A stretch of DNA of 64,000 nt from an uncultured Arcobacter sp. (GCA_965140705.1 OZ223300.1:64001-128000), one strand, 5' to 3'. Counted from the first letter of the stretch, positions 21,097 to 32,282 are shown. Made by a program: numbers and translations. Notes: generated from the sequence alone by a model not told the origin.

Positions 21097-22014
21097 ATGG
21101 ATTTTAATACTATTTTACAAGAGATTCAAGAAGAGATTCAAAAGTACTTTACAAAAGGGAAATTAGCAAATTACATTCCTATGTTAGCCCAAGCCAATGA
21201 GAGTGATTTTGCTATGAGTATAATAACCCTTGATAATGAAGAGTATCATATTGGGTGTAGTGATAAAAAGTTCTCTATTCAAAGTATCTCAAAAGTTTTT
21301 ACTTTTACCCTAGCCTTAGAGTACTATAGCAAAGAGTTATATAAAAGAGTTGGACATGAACCATCTGGAAATCCTTTTAATTCATTAGTTCAGTTGGAAT
21401 ACGAAAGTGGAACTCCACGAAATCCTTTTATAAATGCAGGTGCAATTGTCACAACTGATTGTTTGACCTCAATTTACAAAAATAATGCCTTTGATGAAAT
21501 TTTAGCTTTTATGAAAAAAGTTTCACACGAAGAAAATATCACTTATGATGAAGATATTTTTATCTCTGAATTAGGACATGGTTTTCATAACTTTGCACTT
21601 ATAAATCTAATGAAAAGTTATCAAAATATCAAAAATCCCATAGATGATGTGATTCAAACATATTTTAAACAATGTTCAATAATGATGAATACAAAACAAC
21701 TTGCCCACTCTATGTTATTTTTAGCAAACCATGGGAAAGATCCCTTTACAAAAGAGCAAATTATAAATGAATCAAAAGCAAAAAGAATAAACTCACTAAT
21801 GCTAACTTGTGGACACTATGATGCAAGTGGTGATTTTGCATACAGAGTTGGACTTCCTGGTAAAAGTGGTGTAGGAGGAGGAATAGTTGCAGTCGTTCCA
21901 AAGAAGATGGCAATATGCGTTTACTCACCAAAACTAAATGTACATGGAAACTCACTAATTGGCACAAAAGCTTTAGAACTTTTTACTACTAAAACGGGGC
22001 TTTCAATCTTTTAG
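21097..22014 (+). CDS. glsA: Glutaminase
   Basis: SIQSISK catalytic motif, EPSGNPFN, NPFINAGA, GKSGVGGG. Confidence 0.95.
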   Translation: MDFNTILQEIQEEIQKYFTKGKLANYIPMLAQANESDFAMSIITLDNEEYHIGCSDKKFSIQSISKVFTFTLALEYYSKELYKRVGHEPSGNPFNSLVQLEYESGTPRNPFINAGAIVTTDCLTSIYKNNAFDEILAFMKKVSHEENITYDEDIFISELGHGFHNFALINLMKSYQNIKNPIDDVIQTYFKQCSIMMNTKQLAHSMLFLANHGKDPFTKEQIINESKAKRINSLMLTCGHYDASGDFAYRVGLPGKSGVGGGIVAVVPKKMAICVYSPKLNVHGNSLIGTKALELFTTKTGLSIF

Positions 22015-23840
22015 AAAACTATTTTAAAACACAAGCCTTCGTTTTTATTTTCTGCTGTTATTTGACCATTTAACTTTTTAGAAACTATCTCTTTAGCTAA
22101 ATATAACCCAATACCAGTGGAAGAACTTTTTGAAAAATCTTTTTCGAAAATTTTTTCTTTATGTTTAATATTTATTCCTCCTGCATTATCTTCAAAACAT
22201 ACTTCAATTTTATTTTCAATCTCTTTTATAAATAGCTTTATCTTCGGTTGTTTTACTTTATTTCTTTCAAATGCTTTTAAAGAGTTCTCAAATAAAATCA
22301 TAAGTAAATTAAAAAAATAGTTTTTCTCTATTTCAATTTTTAAATTATCTTTACAATTAACTTCTATTAATATTGATTTTTTTATAAATTCCCTATTAAT
22401 TAGATTTATAATATAATCTATCTCCTTTTTTAAATCAATTTTTTCAATATTTTTCTCTTCTTTATAAAAGTTTAACTGACTAAGTGCAGTATCCCTTAAA
22501 TATAGAGTTATATCTTTTATATTCTTTAAATTTTTATCAATAATTTTATCAATATTTTTATCGTTGAATTCCCTTGCTACATCAATATGATTAATGCTAT
22601 TATATATATTATTTATAGGGCTTTTCCATTGGTGAGAAATATTAATCATAGTTTGTCCTATAAAAGTTAGTTTTGAATACTCATTTAAAAGTTGAGCATT
22701 TTTTTCATGTTCTTTTTTTATTAAATAAGTTGCATGAACAAGGGCAAAAGCTAAGAATAAATCTTGACCTATTGATCCAAAAGCTAAAGAATAATAATAA
22801 AATTCATTATTTGAAATTACACCTACTAAACCTAAAATAAAATAAGTAATAGCAAAAAAAAGTATCAAATTGGCTATAAGATAAAACCCTGAACCTTGTT
22901 TTTTCTCTTTATAAACTTTAAGTGATAAAAGCAAAAGCATTAACATTGTTAAAATATTTATTATATTTGTAATACTATTATCATAAAGCAAACTGTCTAT
23001 AATTGGATAAAATAAATTTATCATAGCAATAACAAAAACTATTCCAAGTAATGCTTTTAATATTTTCTTTATTACTTTATATTCATCTTTTTTAATGTTA
23101 AAAAAACTAAAAGGAAACATCCCTAAGAGAATCAATGCTATTAGGGGAACAACATAATTAGAAATAGTGACCAAATAAATAGGAAATTCAAATTCATAAA
23201 AAAATCCAGCAACTGCAAATTGATAAGTAGTACTACATATAGTAAAAAGAGAATAAGTTAAATAATGTTTTTTTCTAAAAACTAAAAAAAATCCAAAACT
23301 TGTTACTGTGACAACTATTAAAATACCAAATATAATAAAATATACCATTTCTTGTTTATTATAATAATTATTAAAAGCATCAATTTTAATAGCTTGCCAA
23401 TTTGTTTCCATAGAACCAAAACTTTTTTGTTTTATATAAATATCAAGTTTTTCAAAACCTTCTAACTCAAGATCAAAATATGAAACTCTAAAAATATTAT
23501 CTCTATTTTTATAATCTTTCATATCACCTAAAGAGTATTTTTCAATTAAGTTATCATCTTTAAGAATATAGACATCAACATAATCTAAACCAGCTCTTTT
23601 ATTATAAAATCTTTTTATCTGCTTTTTTTTTGAGTTATTAGTCACTAATATATGAATCCATAAATTATGTCGTACTATCCCAAAATTTGATTTAGTAATT
23701 GGGCTAAACTTTTCTTTTTTTTGTAAGATTTCTTTTAATGTCATATTATTATTGATATCAATTAAATATTTTTTTTCAATATTAAGTTGATTGGCAAAAA
23801 GAAAATTTAGCAAAAGGGTGAGTAAAAATATATGTTTCAT
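22011..23840 (-). CDS. 7TM-DISM sensor histidine kinase, paralog 1
   Basis: Signal peptide + DISMED2-like domain, 7 TMs, ISHQWKSP H-box, EDNAGG, TGIGLY. Confidence 0.88.
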   Translation of the reverse strand: MKHIFLLTLLLNFLFANQLNIEKKYLIDINNNMTLKEILQKKEKFSPITKSNFGIVRHNLWIHILVTNNSKKKQIKRFYNKRAGLDYVDVYILKDDNLIEKYSLGDMKDYKNRDNIFRVSYFDLELEGFEKLDIYIKQKSFGSMETNWQAIKIDAFNNYYNKQEMVYFIIFGILIVVTVTSFGFFLVFRKKHYLTYSLFTICSTTYQFAVAGFFYEFEFPIYLVTISNYVVPLIALILLGMFPFSFFNIKKDEYKVIKKILKALLGIVFVIAMINLFYPIIDSLLYDNSITNIINILTMLMLLLLSLKVYKEKKQGSGFYLIANLILFFAITYFILGLVGVISNNEFYYYSLAFGSIGQDLFLAFALVHATYLIKKEHEKNAQLLNEYSKLTFIGQTMINISHQWKSPINNIYNSINHIDVAREFNDKNIDKIIDKNLKNIKDITLYLRDTALSQLNFYKEEKNIEKIDLKKEIDYIINLINREFIKKSILIEVNCKDNLKIEIEKNYFFNLLMILFENSLKAFERNKVKQPKIKLFIKEIENKIEVCFEDNAGGINIKHKEKIFEKDFSKSSSTGIGLYLAKEIVSKKLNGQITAENKNEGLCFKIVF

Positions 23841-23841
23841 A

Positions 23842-24516
23842 TTATTTTTTTATTATATAACCAATATCTTTTATATTTTCTATAAGTTTTATAGGTAATT
23901 TTTTATTTATTTTATAAATTAAAGATATCAATGATTTTTGGTTTTGAGAATCTAAAATATTCAATATTTCATCATAATTGACAATTTGATTTTCTCTTTT
24001 AAAAAGATACTCTATAATTTTTATCTCATAAGAGGTAAATTTATATTCATTTCCATCATAAAAAACTATCTTTTTTGTTCTATCATAATAACAAATTTGA
24101 GAAATTTGATATTTTAATAAACTCTTTTTTTCAATATTTTTTACAAATTTATATAAAACATTTTTTAAAACATCTAACTCATAGGGTTTTACAATATAAT
24201 CTAATAAATTCAGAGAAATAGCATTTTTGAGTTTAATTTTGTCATCATATGAACTCATTATAAATGCAGATACTTCATCATCAGTCTCTCTTATTTTTGA
24301 TAGGAATTCATATCCATTCATAATAGGCATATCATAATCTACTATTAGTAAATGACATTCATTTTTATAATAAACCTCTAAAGCCTCTTTTCCATTATTT
24401 GCTATAAATACATTTTTGAAATAGTATTGCAATATTTTTTTTAGGCTTTCACAAGCTTTTATATCGTCATCAACATATAAAACATTTAATTCTTTTAAAA
24501 TACTTAAATCATTCAT
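23842..24516 (-). CDS. OmpR-type response regulator, paralog 1
   Basis: VDDD, VDYDMP, KP receiver motifs; C-terminal winged helix ending GY. Confidence 0.9.
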   Translation of the reverse strand: MNDLSILKELNVLYVDDDIKACESLKKILQYYFKNVFIANNGKEALEVYYKNECHLLIVDYDMPIMNGYEFLSKIRETDDEVSAFIMSSYDDKIKLKNAISLNLLDYIVKPYELDVLKNVLYKFVKNIEKKSLLKYQISQICYYDRTKKIVFYDGNEYKFTSYEIKIIEYLFKRENQIVNYDEILNILDSQNQKSLISLIYKINKKLPIKLIENIKDIGYIIKK

Positions 24517-24578
24517 TATAAAATTTTACCATGTTGAAACTAATTTTAATCCAATAAAAGAATTTTAAACTTTTTTAT

Positions 24579-24609
24579 TGATTTTGTGTTGATTTTACTA
24601 TGATAAAGT
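24579..24609 (+). promoter_or_regulatory. TGATTTT-N4-TGATTTT-N4-TGn(-10) promoter of tpsA
   Basis: tgatttt gtgt tgatttt acta tg a taaagt; same architecture at 32252-32282. Confidence 0.7.
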
Positions 24610-24637
24610 AGTAAAAATATTTTATCAAGGAAAATAG

Positions 24638-27600
24638 ATGAAAAGATTATTAGACTTTAGCTCAAGGTTTAGAATCCTAAAAGGGGGAAAGATAAGTATG
24701 GTAGTATCAGCCCTATTAGCTGGAGTTACTATCTCTTATGCTGCTCCTAGTGGCGGAGTAGTTACAAGTGGAACTGCAAATATTTCCCAAAATGGAAATA
24801 CCACAAATATAAACCAATCCACCCAAAAGGCAACTATCAATTGGCAAAAGTTTGGTATTAAAGCTAATGAAACAGTAAACTTCAAACAACCAAATAGCTC
24901 TTCTATTACACTAAATAGAGTAATAGGAAATGAAAGAAGTGTTATCAATGGAGCACTTAATGCCAATGGTCAAGTTTGGATTTTAAACTCAAATGGGGTT
25001 TTATTTGGTAAAAATGCTAGTATTAATACAGCTGGTCTTTTAGCAACTACAGCAAAACTCTCTGATAATGATTTTAATATAGGAAACTATAACTTTAAAA
25101 ACTCTTCTTCAAACTCTATTATAAACTTAGGAACAATAAATATCTCAAATGAAGCCTATGCAGTTTTAGCTGGAAAAGAAGTAACAAATGAAGGAAGTAT
25201 AAAAGCTGTAAAAGGAAAGATACATTTAGTAGGAGCAGATGAATACTCTATAAACCTAAATGGTAATTCTTTATTAAACCTAACAGTAAAAAAAGGAATC
25301 TTAGATTCTATTGTAAAAAATAGTGGTTCAATAAAAGCAGATGGTGGAGAAATATACCTTACAACAAATGCAGTAGATGAATTACTAAAAGGGGTAGTTA
25401 ATAATACAGGTGTTATTGAAGCTGATTCTTTAGATGGACTTACTGGTAAGGTTGAACTCTTTGCCCATGGTGGTGAAGCTCAAGTTGGCGGTACCATTTC
25501 TGCTACTGATGGGTTTGTGGAGACTTCTGGGAAAGATTTTACTTTCAATGGTGCAAATATAATTACAAGTAATTGGCTTATTGATCCTGTTAACATTACT
25601 ATTGATTCCTCACTTGCAAGTGCAATACAAAGTGCTTTAGATACAGCAGATGTAACGATAACTACTGATGGAAGCAATACTCCTGATACAAGTTCTGGTG
25701 AAAGTGCAGGAGATGGAGATATTAATATAAATTCTAATATCACAACAAATGCATTAACTTCTGATAAAACATTAACATTACTAGCAGATAATAATATTGT
25801 TTTTGCAGATGGTGTTTCTATTGATGCTAGTCAAAATTCAAATGCAAATAAATTAAATGTTGTTTTAACAGCTGACAAAGATAATAATGGCGATGGACAA
25901 ATTATATTAAATGGAGCAACAGGAAATACTATTATTACAAAGAATGGAGACCTAACTATCAATAATCAAGTTGACAGTAATGTTGATGGAGAAACACCTC
26001 TTACACTAGATGCAGGAACAGGTAAAATAACATTATATGATGATTTAGGGGAAAATAAAAAGTTGAAATCATTAAATATAAGTGCAGGTAATTTAGATTT
26101 AGGAACAAAATTACACTATATAAATACCTTAAATGAACAAGTTTATAATGCAACTATAAACTTACTTGCAACAGATCAATTTGCAAATGCAGGTTTTGAA
26201 GAAGGTGATACATCAGGTTGGACAGTTGATACAACACATACAATATATTTAAATGGTGGATCTACTATAGCGGGAGTTAAGACTCCAAATGATGATTCTT
26301 TACCAAACAAAGTTCCATCACAACCAAGTGCAAATAATAGTGGAGCATATGATGATTATACATCAACAGGAACATATACTTCACAAATCTCTACAGATAC
26401 AGATTCTGATGGAGGAAGTTACTCTTTACAGTTAACATATTCTGGAGGAAATGTAAGTGAAGGTTATGGTGTTGTTCATGGACCATCTGTTGCAAGTAAT
26501 GATTCTGTATCATTAGGTAAGGGGGATGAAGTATCATTTAAATGGAAAGCATCAGGTGGAAGCGATGCATATGATGTATTTGGATATATTTTAAATGTAG
26601 ACACAGGAGAAACGCAAGCAATACTAAATGAAACAGGTGCAAATGGAAGTGCTTCTACTAACTGGGCAACAGCATCTGTTACGGCAAATAAAGCAGGTAA
26701 CTATAAATTTATTTTTATCGGTGGCTCTTGGGATGCTAGTGGAGGAAGAGCTTTAGGAGCGAACCTTTATATTGATGGTATATCAACTAATAGTAAGAAA
26801 ACTTTTTCAGGCTCTGCTGTTACATTTAATAATCCTTTAACTGCACATACAAATTCCGTAGAAATTATTGCGGATAAAGTTGCTCTTAATGATAAAATAT
26901 CAGGAAGTAATACATTAACTATAAAACAAAAAACAAATGGAAATAATATCGAAATTGGAGGGACATCAACGGCTGATAATAATATATTAGATGTAACAAG
27001 TTCTGATTTAGCTAATATTCAAACAGGATTTTCAAAAGTTATTTTTGGTGATAATGAAACTGCAAAAATCACTACAAAAGGTCCTATAGTCGCTGATTAT
27101 GACTTGACTTTAATTGGAAAAACTGCAGGTGTTGAAATAACTAATGAATTAAATATTGGAACAAAAACATTAACAATTGAAAGTAACAGTGATGTTAATG
27201 ATTCAGGACAAGGACATATTATTGCAAAAAACCTAAATATAAAAGGAACTGGAGACTTTACTTTAGATAGTAACAATAACGATGTAGATGTACTTGCAGC
27301 AGGTACATCAAGTTCACCAATTGGAAAACTAGTCTATAGAGATGCCGATGATATTACAATAGGAAAAGTTAATGACTCAAAAGGACTAAACTCAACAGAT
27401 AATATTAAAGTAAGTACAGTAAAAGATGCCATTAAAGTCCTTGAAAATGTAACTACTTCTAAACAAGGTAGTGATGTTATTAATTTAAATGGAGAAGAAA
27501 ATGTATCAAAAGGACGTTCATATGATGCTCCTGAAAAAGCCACAACACCAGAAACAGTAAAAGATAATAGACCAGATGAAATTAAAAAAGTAATTACAAC

Positions 27601-27958
27601 AATCGCAAATAATACAACAACAAATGTTGTATTACCAAAAGTAATCAATACTCCAAAAGTAAAAGTGTCACAAAATCAAATACCTCAAACAAATGCAAAC
27701 CTAGGAATTAATAAGGGAAATGTATCTATTGTCTCAAAAACAATTAATGGAGAAAGTGCAAATAAAGTAGTAACTTTAAGTGAAATAAAAACTGCAATGA
27801 ATAAAAATACTACACAAAATACAGATGTATCAAATACTCAAGATGATATAAGAGTACCTTTATCATCTGATTCAGTAATAGATTTAGTAAATGGTGGAGT
27901 AAACCTACCAGAAGGTGTAGATCAATTATTTTATGTAGTAAAAGACAATGAGAGATAA
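24638..27958 (+). CDS. TpsA / filamentous haemagglutinin-family exoprotein
   Basis: Extended signal peptide, INWQKF, NSNGVLFG TPS domain, WLIDP, N/T/G-rich beta-helix; adjacent to tpsB. Confidence 0.92.
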   Translation: MKRLLDFSSRFRILKGGKISMVVSALLAGVTISYAAPSGGVVTSGTANISQNGNTTNINQSTQKATINWQKFGIKANETVNFKQPNSSSITLNRVIGNERSVINGALNANGQVWILNSNGVLFGKNASINTAGLLATTAKLSDNDFNIGNYNFKNSSSNSIINLGTINISNEAYAVLAGKEVTNEGSIKAVKGKIHLVGADEYSINLNGNSLLNLTVKKGILDSIVKNSGSIKADGGEIYLTTNAVDELLKGVVNNTGVIEADSLDGLTGKVELFAHGGEAQVGGTISATDGFVETSGKDFTFNGANIITSNWLIDPVNITIDSSLASAIQSALDTADVTITTDGSNTPDTSSGESAGDGDININSNITTNALTSDKTLTLLADNNIVFADGVSIDASQNSNANKLNVVLTADKDNNGDGQIILNGATGNTIITKNGDLTINNQVDSNVDGETPLTLDAGTGKITLYDDLGENKKLKSLNISAGNLDLGTKLHYINTLNEQVYNATINLLATDQFANAGFEEGDTSGWTVDTTHTIYLNGGSTIAGVKTPNDDSLPNKVPSQPSANNSGAYDDYTSTGTYTSQISTDTDSDGGSYSLQLTYSGGNVSEGYGVVHGPSVASNDSVSLGKGDEVSFKWKASGGSDAYDVFGYILNVDTGETQAILNETGANGSASTNWATASVTANKAGNYKFIFIGGSWDASGGRALGANLYIDGISTNSKKTFSGSAVTFNNPLTAHTNSVEIIADKVALNDKISGSNTLTIKQKTNGNNIEIGGTSTADNNILDVTSSDLANIQTGFSKVIFGDNETAKITTKGPIVADYDLTLIGKTAGVEITNELNIGTKTLTIESNSDVNDSGQGHIIAKNLNIKGTGDFTLDSNNNDVDVLAAGTSSSPIGKLVYRDADDITIGKVNDSKGLNSTDNIKVSTVKDAIKVLENVTTSKQGSDVINLNGEENVSKGRSYDAPEKATTPETVKDNRPDEIKKVITTIANNTTTNVVLPKVINTPKVKVSQNQIPQTNANLGINKGNVSIVSKTINGESANKVVTLSEIKTAMNKNTTQNTDVSNTQDDIRVPLSSDSVIDLVNGGVNLPEGVDQLFYVVKDNER

Positions 27959-27966
27959 GGAATAAA

Positions 27967-29652
27967 ATGAGAAGAATAACTAAACCAATAATATTATCAC
28001 TAATAACATCAAGTTCATTATTAGCAGCAACACCAAATATAGGTGATGCAATAAAACAAATAAAAGTTCCAAAAGAAGTAAAACAAAAAAAGACTCCTTT
28101 AGTAGAAATTGGTGGAGTTAAAAAATATGCTCCTGTTATGAAAGATGATAAAAGTGGTAAAACTATATTTGTAAAGGGTTTTAAAATAGAAGGTGCTATT
28201 CATATAAATGAAACTACCCTACAAAATCTAATCTCTTCATATACAAAAAAAGATTTAACCTTTAAACAACTACAAGAAGTAACAAGCATAATCACAAAAT
28301 ATTATAGAAGTAAAAATTACTTTGTAGCACGTGCATATTTACCTGTACAAGATATAAATAAAAATAATGGAGTAATTACTATTACTATTATTGAAGGTAA
28401 TTATGGAAAGTTTAATTTAAAAAACAACTCTTTAGTTAAAGATAGTATTGTTCAGGGTATGTTAGATGATGCCAAAAGGGATAATATAGTTTCTACTAAT
28501 ACTTTAGAGCGAGCAATGTTAATCATTAATGACACACCAGGTGTAAAAGTAACTAGTGCTGATGTTATGCCAGGAGCTGATGTAGGAACTTCTGATTTTT
28601 CTATTACAACAGAAGAGACAAAAAGATTTGATGGGTATATTTTAGCTGATAATTATGGAAGTAGATATACAGGTAAAAATAGAGTTATGGCTGGGGTTAA
28701 TATTAACTCTCCTTTTAAAATAGGAGATAAAATCTCATTAAGTGGTCTATTAAGTAATAAGACTGATTTAAAAAATGGTAGATTAGCATATTCAGCTCCT
28801 TTAATGTCAAATGGATTAAGAGGAGAACTAAGTTATTCTAAAACAACTTATGCCTTAGGAGATAAATATTCAAATCTTGATGCAAAGGGTAACTCTACAG
28901 CTTTAGATGCTAAATTAACTTATCCAATTATACGAACAAGAATGGAGAATTTAAAAGCTTCATTAGATATTGATAAAAAGAGTTTAAAAGATGAAATTAA
29001 TTCTCAAGATGATACAACAAAAAAAGATGTTAAATCTTTAAGCTTAGGATTAGACTATGATAAGAGTTATTTAGCCTTTAATCTTCCATCAACTTCTAAA
29101 GTTAGTTTTAATTATACCTATGGAAAGTTAAGCTTTGATGATGCTGCTAAAAGAGCAGATGATGAAAATGGAGCTAATACAAATGGTAATTATTCTAAAG
29201 TTAATTTGGATTTATCACATAGTATAAACTTTACTTCTAAAATCTCATTAGATACTTCATTAAACTTACAGTATGCCCTAGCACATAAAAACCTAGATGG
29301 AAGTGAAGATTTATCTATTGGTGGAGCTTATGGGGTTAAGTTATATCCTACTAGTGAAGTTAGTGCTGAAAATGGGTATATATTTAATATAGAAGGAAAA
29401 TATAGATTGCCTGATATAAACTCTTTATCAAATAGTGTTGGAATCTTTTATGATAGAGGAAGAGCATTTATGGCAAATAACAATGTAGGCTTTGAAGCTA
29501 AATCTTTACAAGATGTTGGTGTTGGATATTATGCTTCATATAAAGACTTCTTTGGTCAAGTTCAAGTTGCTTGGAATGCTAATAGTGCTCCTGTTACTAG
29601 TGAACCTAATAGAAACAGTAGAGTTCTTTTTCAAGGTGGGTGGGTCTTTTAA
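27967..29652 (+). CDS. TpsB (ShlB/FhaC/HecB) outer-membrane translocator
   Basis: POTRA region (YYRSKNYFVARAYLPVQ), DNYGSRYTG, IGGAYGVKLY loop, terminal Phe. Confidence 0.92.
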   Translation: MRRITKPIILSLITSSSLLAATPNIGDAIKQIKVPKEVKQKKTPLVEIGGVKKYAPVMKDDKSGKTIFVKGFKIEGAIHINETTLQNLISSYTKKDLTFKQLQEVTSIITKYYRSKNYFVARAYLPVQDINKNNGVITITIIEGNYGKFNLKNNSLVKDSIVQGMLDDAKRDNIVSTNTLERAMLIINDTPGVKVTSADVMPGADVGTSDFSITTEETKRFDGYILADNYGSRYTGKNRVMAGVNINSPFKIGDKISLSGLLSNKTDLKNGRLAYSAPLMSNGLRGELSYSKTTYALGDKYSNLDAKGNSTALDAKLTYPIIRTRMENLKASLDIDKKSLKDEINSQDDTTKKDVKSLSLGLDYDKSYLAFNLPSTSKVSFNYTYGKLSFDDAAKRADDENGANTNGNYSKVNLDLSHSINFTSKISLDTSLNLQYALAHKNLDGSEDLSIGGAYGVKLYPTSEVSAENGYIFNIEGKYRLPDINSLSNSVGIFYDRGRAFMANNNVGFEAKSLQDVGVGYYASYKDFFGQVQVAWNANSAPVTSEPNRNSRVLFQGGWVF

Positions 29653-29678
29653 ACCCCTTCCTTTGCTTAGAAGAGGTT

Positions 29679-31508
29679 TTAAATAACTATTTTAAAAGAT
29701 AAGCCCTCATTTTTATTTTCTGCTGTTATTTGACCATTTAGCTTTTGAGAAACTATCTCTTTTGCTAAATATAAACCTATTCCCGTAGAAGAGCTCTCAG
29801 AAAAATCTTTTTCAAATATCTTTTCTATAAAATCTATACTTACTCCACCTGCATTATCTTCAAAAATAATTTCAAGTTTTTTCTCTATTTCTTTTACTAA
29901 AATTCTTATTTTAGGATTTTTTATCTTTCGTCGTTCAAAAGCTTTTAGGGAGTTTTCAAATAAAATCATTAACACATTTAAAAAATAGTTTTTTTCTATT
30001 TTTATTTTTATCTTATCATTACAATCAAAACTTATCTTAATATCTTTTTTTATAAACTCCTTTTCCATAAGTCTTATTACATACCTTATCTCTTCACAAA
30101 ACTCAACTTCTTCAATATTTTTTTCTTCTTTATAAAAATGCAGCTGCCCAAGGGCTGTCTCTTTTAGATAAGAAGTTGTCTCTTTTATAATTTCAAGATT
30201 ATTATCAATAATTGTATCTATATTTTTATCTTTAAATTCACGGGCAGCTTCTATATAAGTGATACTGCTATAAATATTATTTATAGGTTCTTTCCACTGG
30301 TGGGAAATATTTACCATGGTTTGTCCTATAAAACTAAGTTTTGAATATTCACCTAAAAGTTCAATGTTTTTCTCATTTCTTTCTCTCATTACATATACAG
30401 AATAAATTAACCCAATGGCTAAAACCATATCTTGCCCAATGGCTCCTATTGAAATGAAGTAATATAAAAAACCTTCATATTTTAAAATACCAAAAGCGAC
30501 CAATATATACAAGCCTGCAAAAAAGAAATAAACAATATTTGCCAATAAATAAAAAATAGAACCATCTTTTTTTAAAAGAAACATTCGAATTGAAAATATC
30601 AAAATAGTAAGCATAAGTATAAAGATAATATAAACATAAAATTTACTAAAATAAAGCACATCAGGATAAATGCGATAAAAGAACTGTGTAAAAGCAAAAA
30701 TAGTAAGTAAAACAATAGATATTTTTATAATAGTTTGTGTAATTTTAAATTCATTTTTTTGGATATTGAAAAAATATAAGGGAAACAAACCAAATAAAAT
30801 CATTGCAAAAGCAGGAATAAAAAAGATAAAAAATTTATTTAAATCAAGTGGAATACCCAATTGATATAAAAATCCAGCTACAGAAAGTTGAAAAATCCCA
30901 ACAGATAAGGTAAATAAAGAATAAATTAAAAAATGCTTCTTTTTAAAAATAGAATAAAGAGTAAAACCAAGAACAATCATCACAAGTAAAATACCGGCAA
31001 AAAATGCGTATATCAATCCTTGAAAGAAATAATAAGTTTCAAAATCTTTGATATTAATTATATTCCACCTTATTTCCATAGTGCCATAAGTTTTTTGTTT
31101 TATAAATATCTCTACTTTTTGCAAAGGTTGAAGTTCAATATCAAAGTAAGAAATCCTAAAATCATTCTCTCTTTTATTATGTTCTCTTAGATTTCCTAGT
31201 TTGTAAGTTTTTGTTATTTGATTATCTTTTACTAAAAAAACATCAATTAAATTTATTCCTGCCATTTTATTATTTATTCTTTTTTTTAAATTGTGTTTTG
31301 TGTTATTTTTTAAATCGATTTTTATCCAGACAGAACTTTTTGTTATCCCTAAATTGTATTTTTTTATAGGAATAAAATCATCTTTGTGCTTCATTATCTC
31401 TTGTATATTTAAAGAGTTATTCGTATCTACAAAATACTTTTCTACAACATCTAAATCATGGGCAAAAAGTGAGGTAATAAAAATAAAAAATAAAATAAAT
31501 AACTTCAT
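29679..31508 (-). CDS. 7TM-DISM sensor histidine kinase, paralog 2
   Basis: Same length (609 aa) and motifs as 22011-23840; ISHQWKEP. Confidence 0.88.
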   Translation of the reverse strand: MKLFILFFIFITSLFAHDLDVVEKYFVDTNNSLNIQEIMKHKDDFIPIKKYNLGITKSSVWIKIDLKNNTKHNLKKRINNKMAGINLIDVFLVKDNQITKTYKLGNLREHNKRENDFRISYFDIELQPLQKVEIFIKQKTYGTMEIRWNIINIKDFETYYFFQGLIYAFFAGILLVMIVLGFTLYSIFKKKHFLIYSLFTLSVGIFQLSVAGFLYQLGIPLDLNKFFIFFIPAFAMILFGLFPLYFFNIQKNEFKITQTIIKISIVLLTIFAFTQFFYRIYPDVLYFSKFYVYIIFILMLTILIFSIRMFLLKKDGSIFYLLANIVYFFFAGLYILVAFGILKYEGFLYYFISIGAIGQDMVLAIGLIYSVYVMRERNEKNIELLGEYSKLSFIGQTMVNISHQWKEPINNIYSSITYIEAAREFKDKNIDTIIDNNLEIIKETTSYLKETALGQLHFYKEEKNIEEVEFCEEIRYVIRLMEKEFIKKDIKISFDCNDKIKIKIEKNYFLNVLMILFENSLKAFERRKIKNPKIRILVKEIEKKLEIIFEDNAGGVSIDFIEKIFEKDFSESSSTGIGLYLAKEIVSQKLNGQITAENKNEGLSFKIVI

Positions 31509-31509
31509 A

Positions 31510-32184
31510 CTATCTTTTCAACCAATATCCCATATCTTTTACATTTTCTATAAGTTTGATATTTAGTTTTTTGTTTATATTATAAACTGAATTTATCAAA
31601 GATTTTTGATTACTTGATTCTAAAATATATAAAAGCTCATCATATTTAATAACTTGATTTTTATATCTAAAAAGATATTCGATAAGTTTTATTTCATAAG
31701 AGGTAAATTTATACTCTTTTGAGTCATCAATGAAAGTCTTTTTTAATCTATCGTAAAAAAGAGTCTCAGTAACATAGTATCTTATTAATTCCTTTTTTTC
31801 TAAACTTTTCACAAATTTATTTAGAACATCTTTTAACTCATCCAAGCCATAAGGTTTGACAATATATTCCAAAAGATTTAAGCCAATTGCATTTTTGAGT
31901 TTAACTTTATCATCATAAGAACTTATAATCATAGCAGATATCTCATCATCTTTTTCTCTTATTATTTGCAAAAATTCATAACCATTCATAATAGGCATAT
32001 CATAATCTACTATTAAAAGATGACACTCTTTTGTATTATATATCTCTAATGCTTCTTCTCCATTATGAGCTATAAATACATTCTTAAAATAATATTCCAA
32101 AGTCTTTTTGATATTTTCACAAGCTTGAATATTATCATCTACATGTAATACATTTAATTCTTTTAATATATCTAAATTATTCAT
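31510..32184 (-). CDS. OmpR-type response regulator, paralog 2
   Basis: 224 aa like paralog 1; shared ECHLLIVDYDMPIMNGYEFL and YKFTSYEIK. Confidence 0.9.
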   Translation of the reverse strand: MNNLDILKELNVLHVDDNIQACENIKKTLEYYFKNVFIAHNGEEALEIYNTKECHLLIVDYDMPIMNGYEFLQIIREKDDEISAMIISSYDDKVKLKNAIGLNLLEYIVKPYGLDELKDVLNKFVKSLEKKELIRYYVTETLFYDRLKKTFIDDSKEYKFTSYEIKLIEYLFRYKNQVIKYDELLYILESSNQKSLINSVYNINKKLNIKLIENVKDMGYWLKR

Positions 32185-32251
32185 GGAAAAGATTATATCA
32201 TTAATAAAAATAAAAATAGATTCTAAAATTTACAAGTCTTTTACTTTCTAA

Positions 32252-32282
32252 TGATTTTGCAATGATTTTGAGTTGCTAATAT
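32252..32282 (+). promoter_or_regulatory. TGATTTT-N4-TGATTTT-N4-TGn(-10) promoter of the Slam-like operon
   Basis: tgatttt gcaa tgatttt gagt tg c taatat. Confidence 0.7.
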
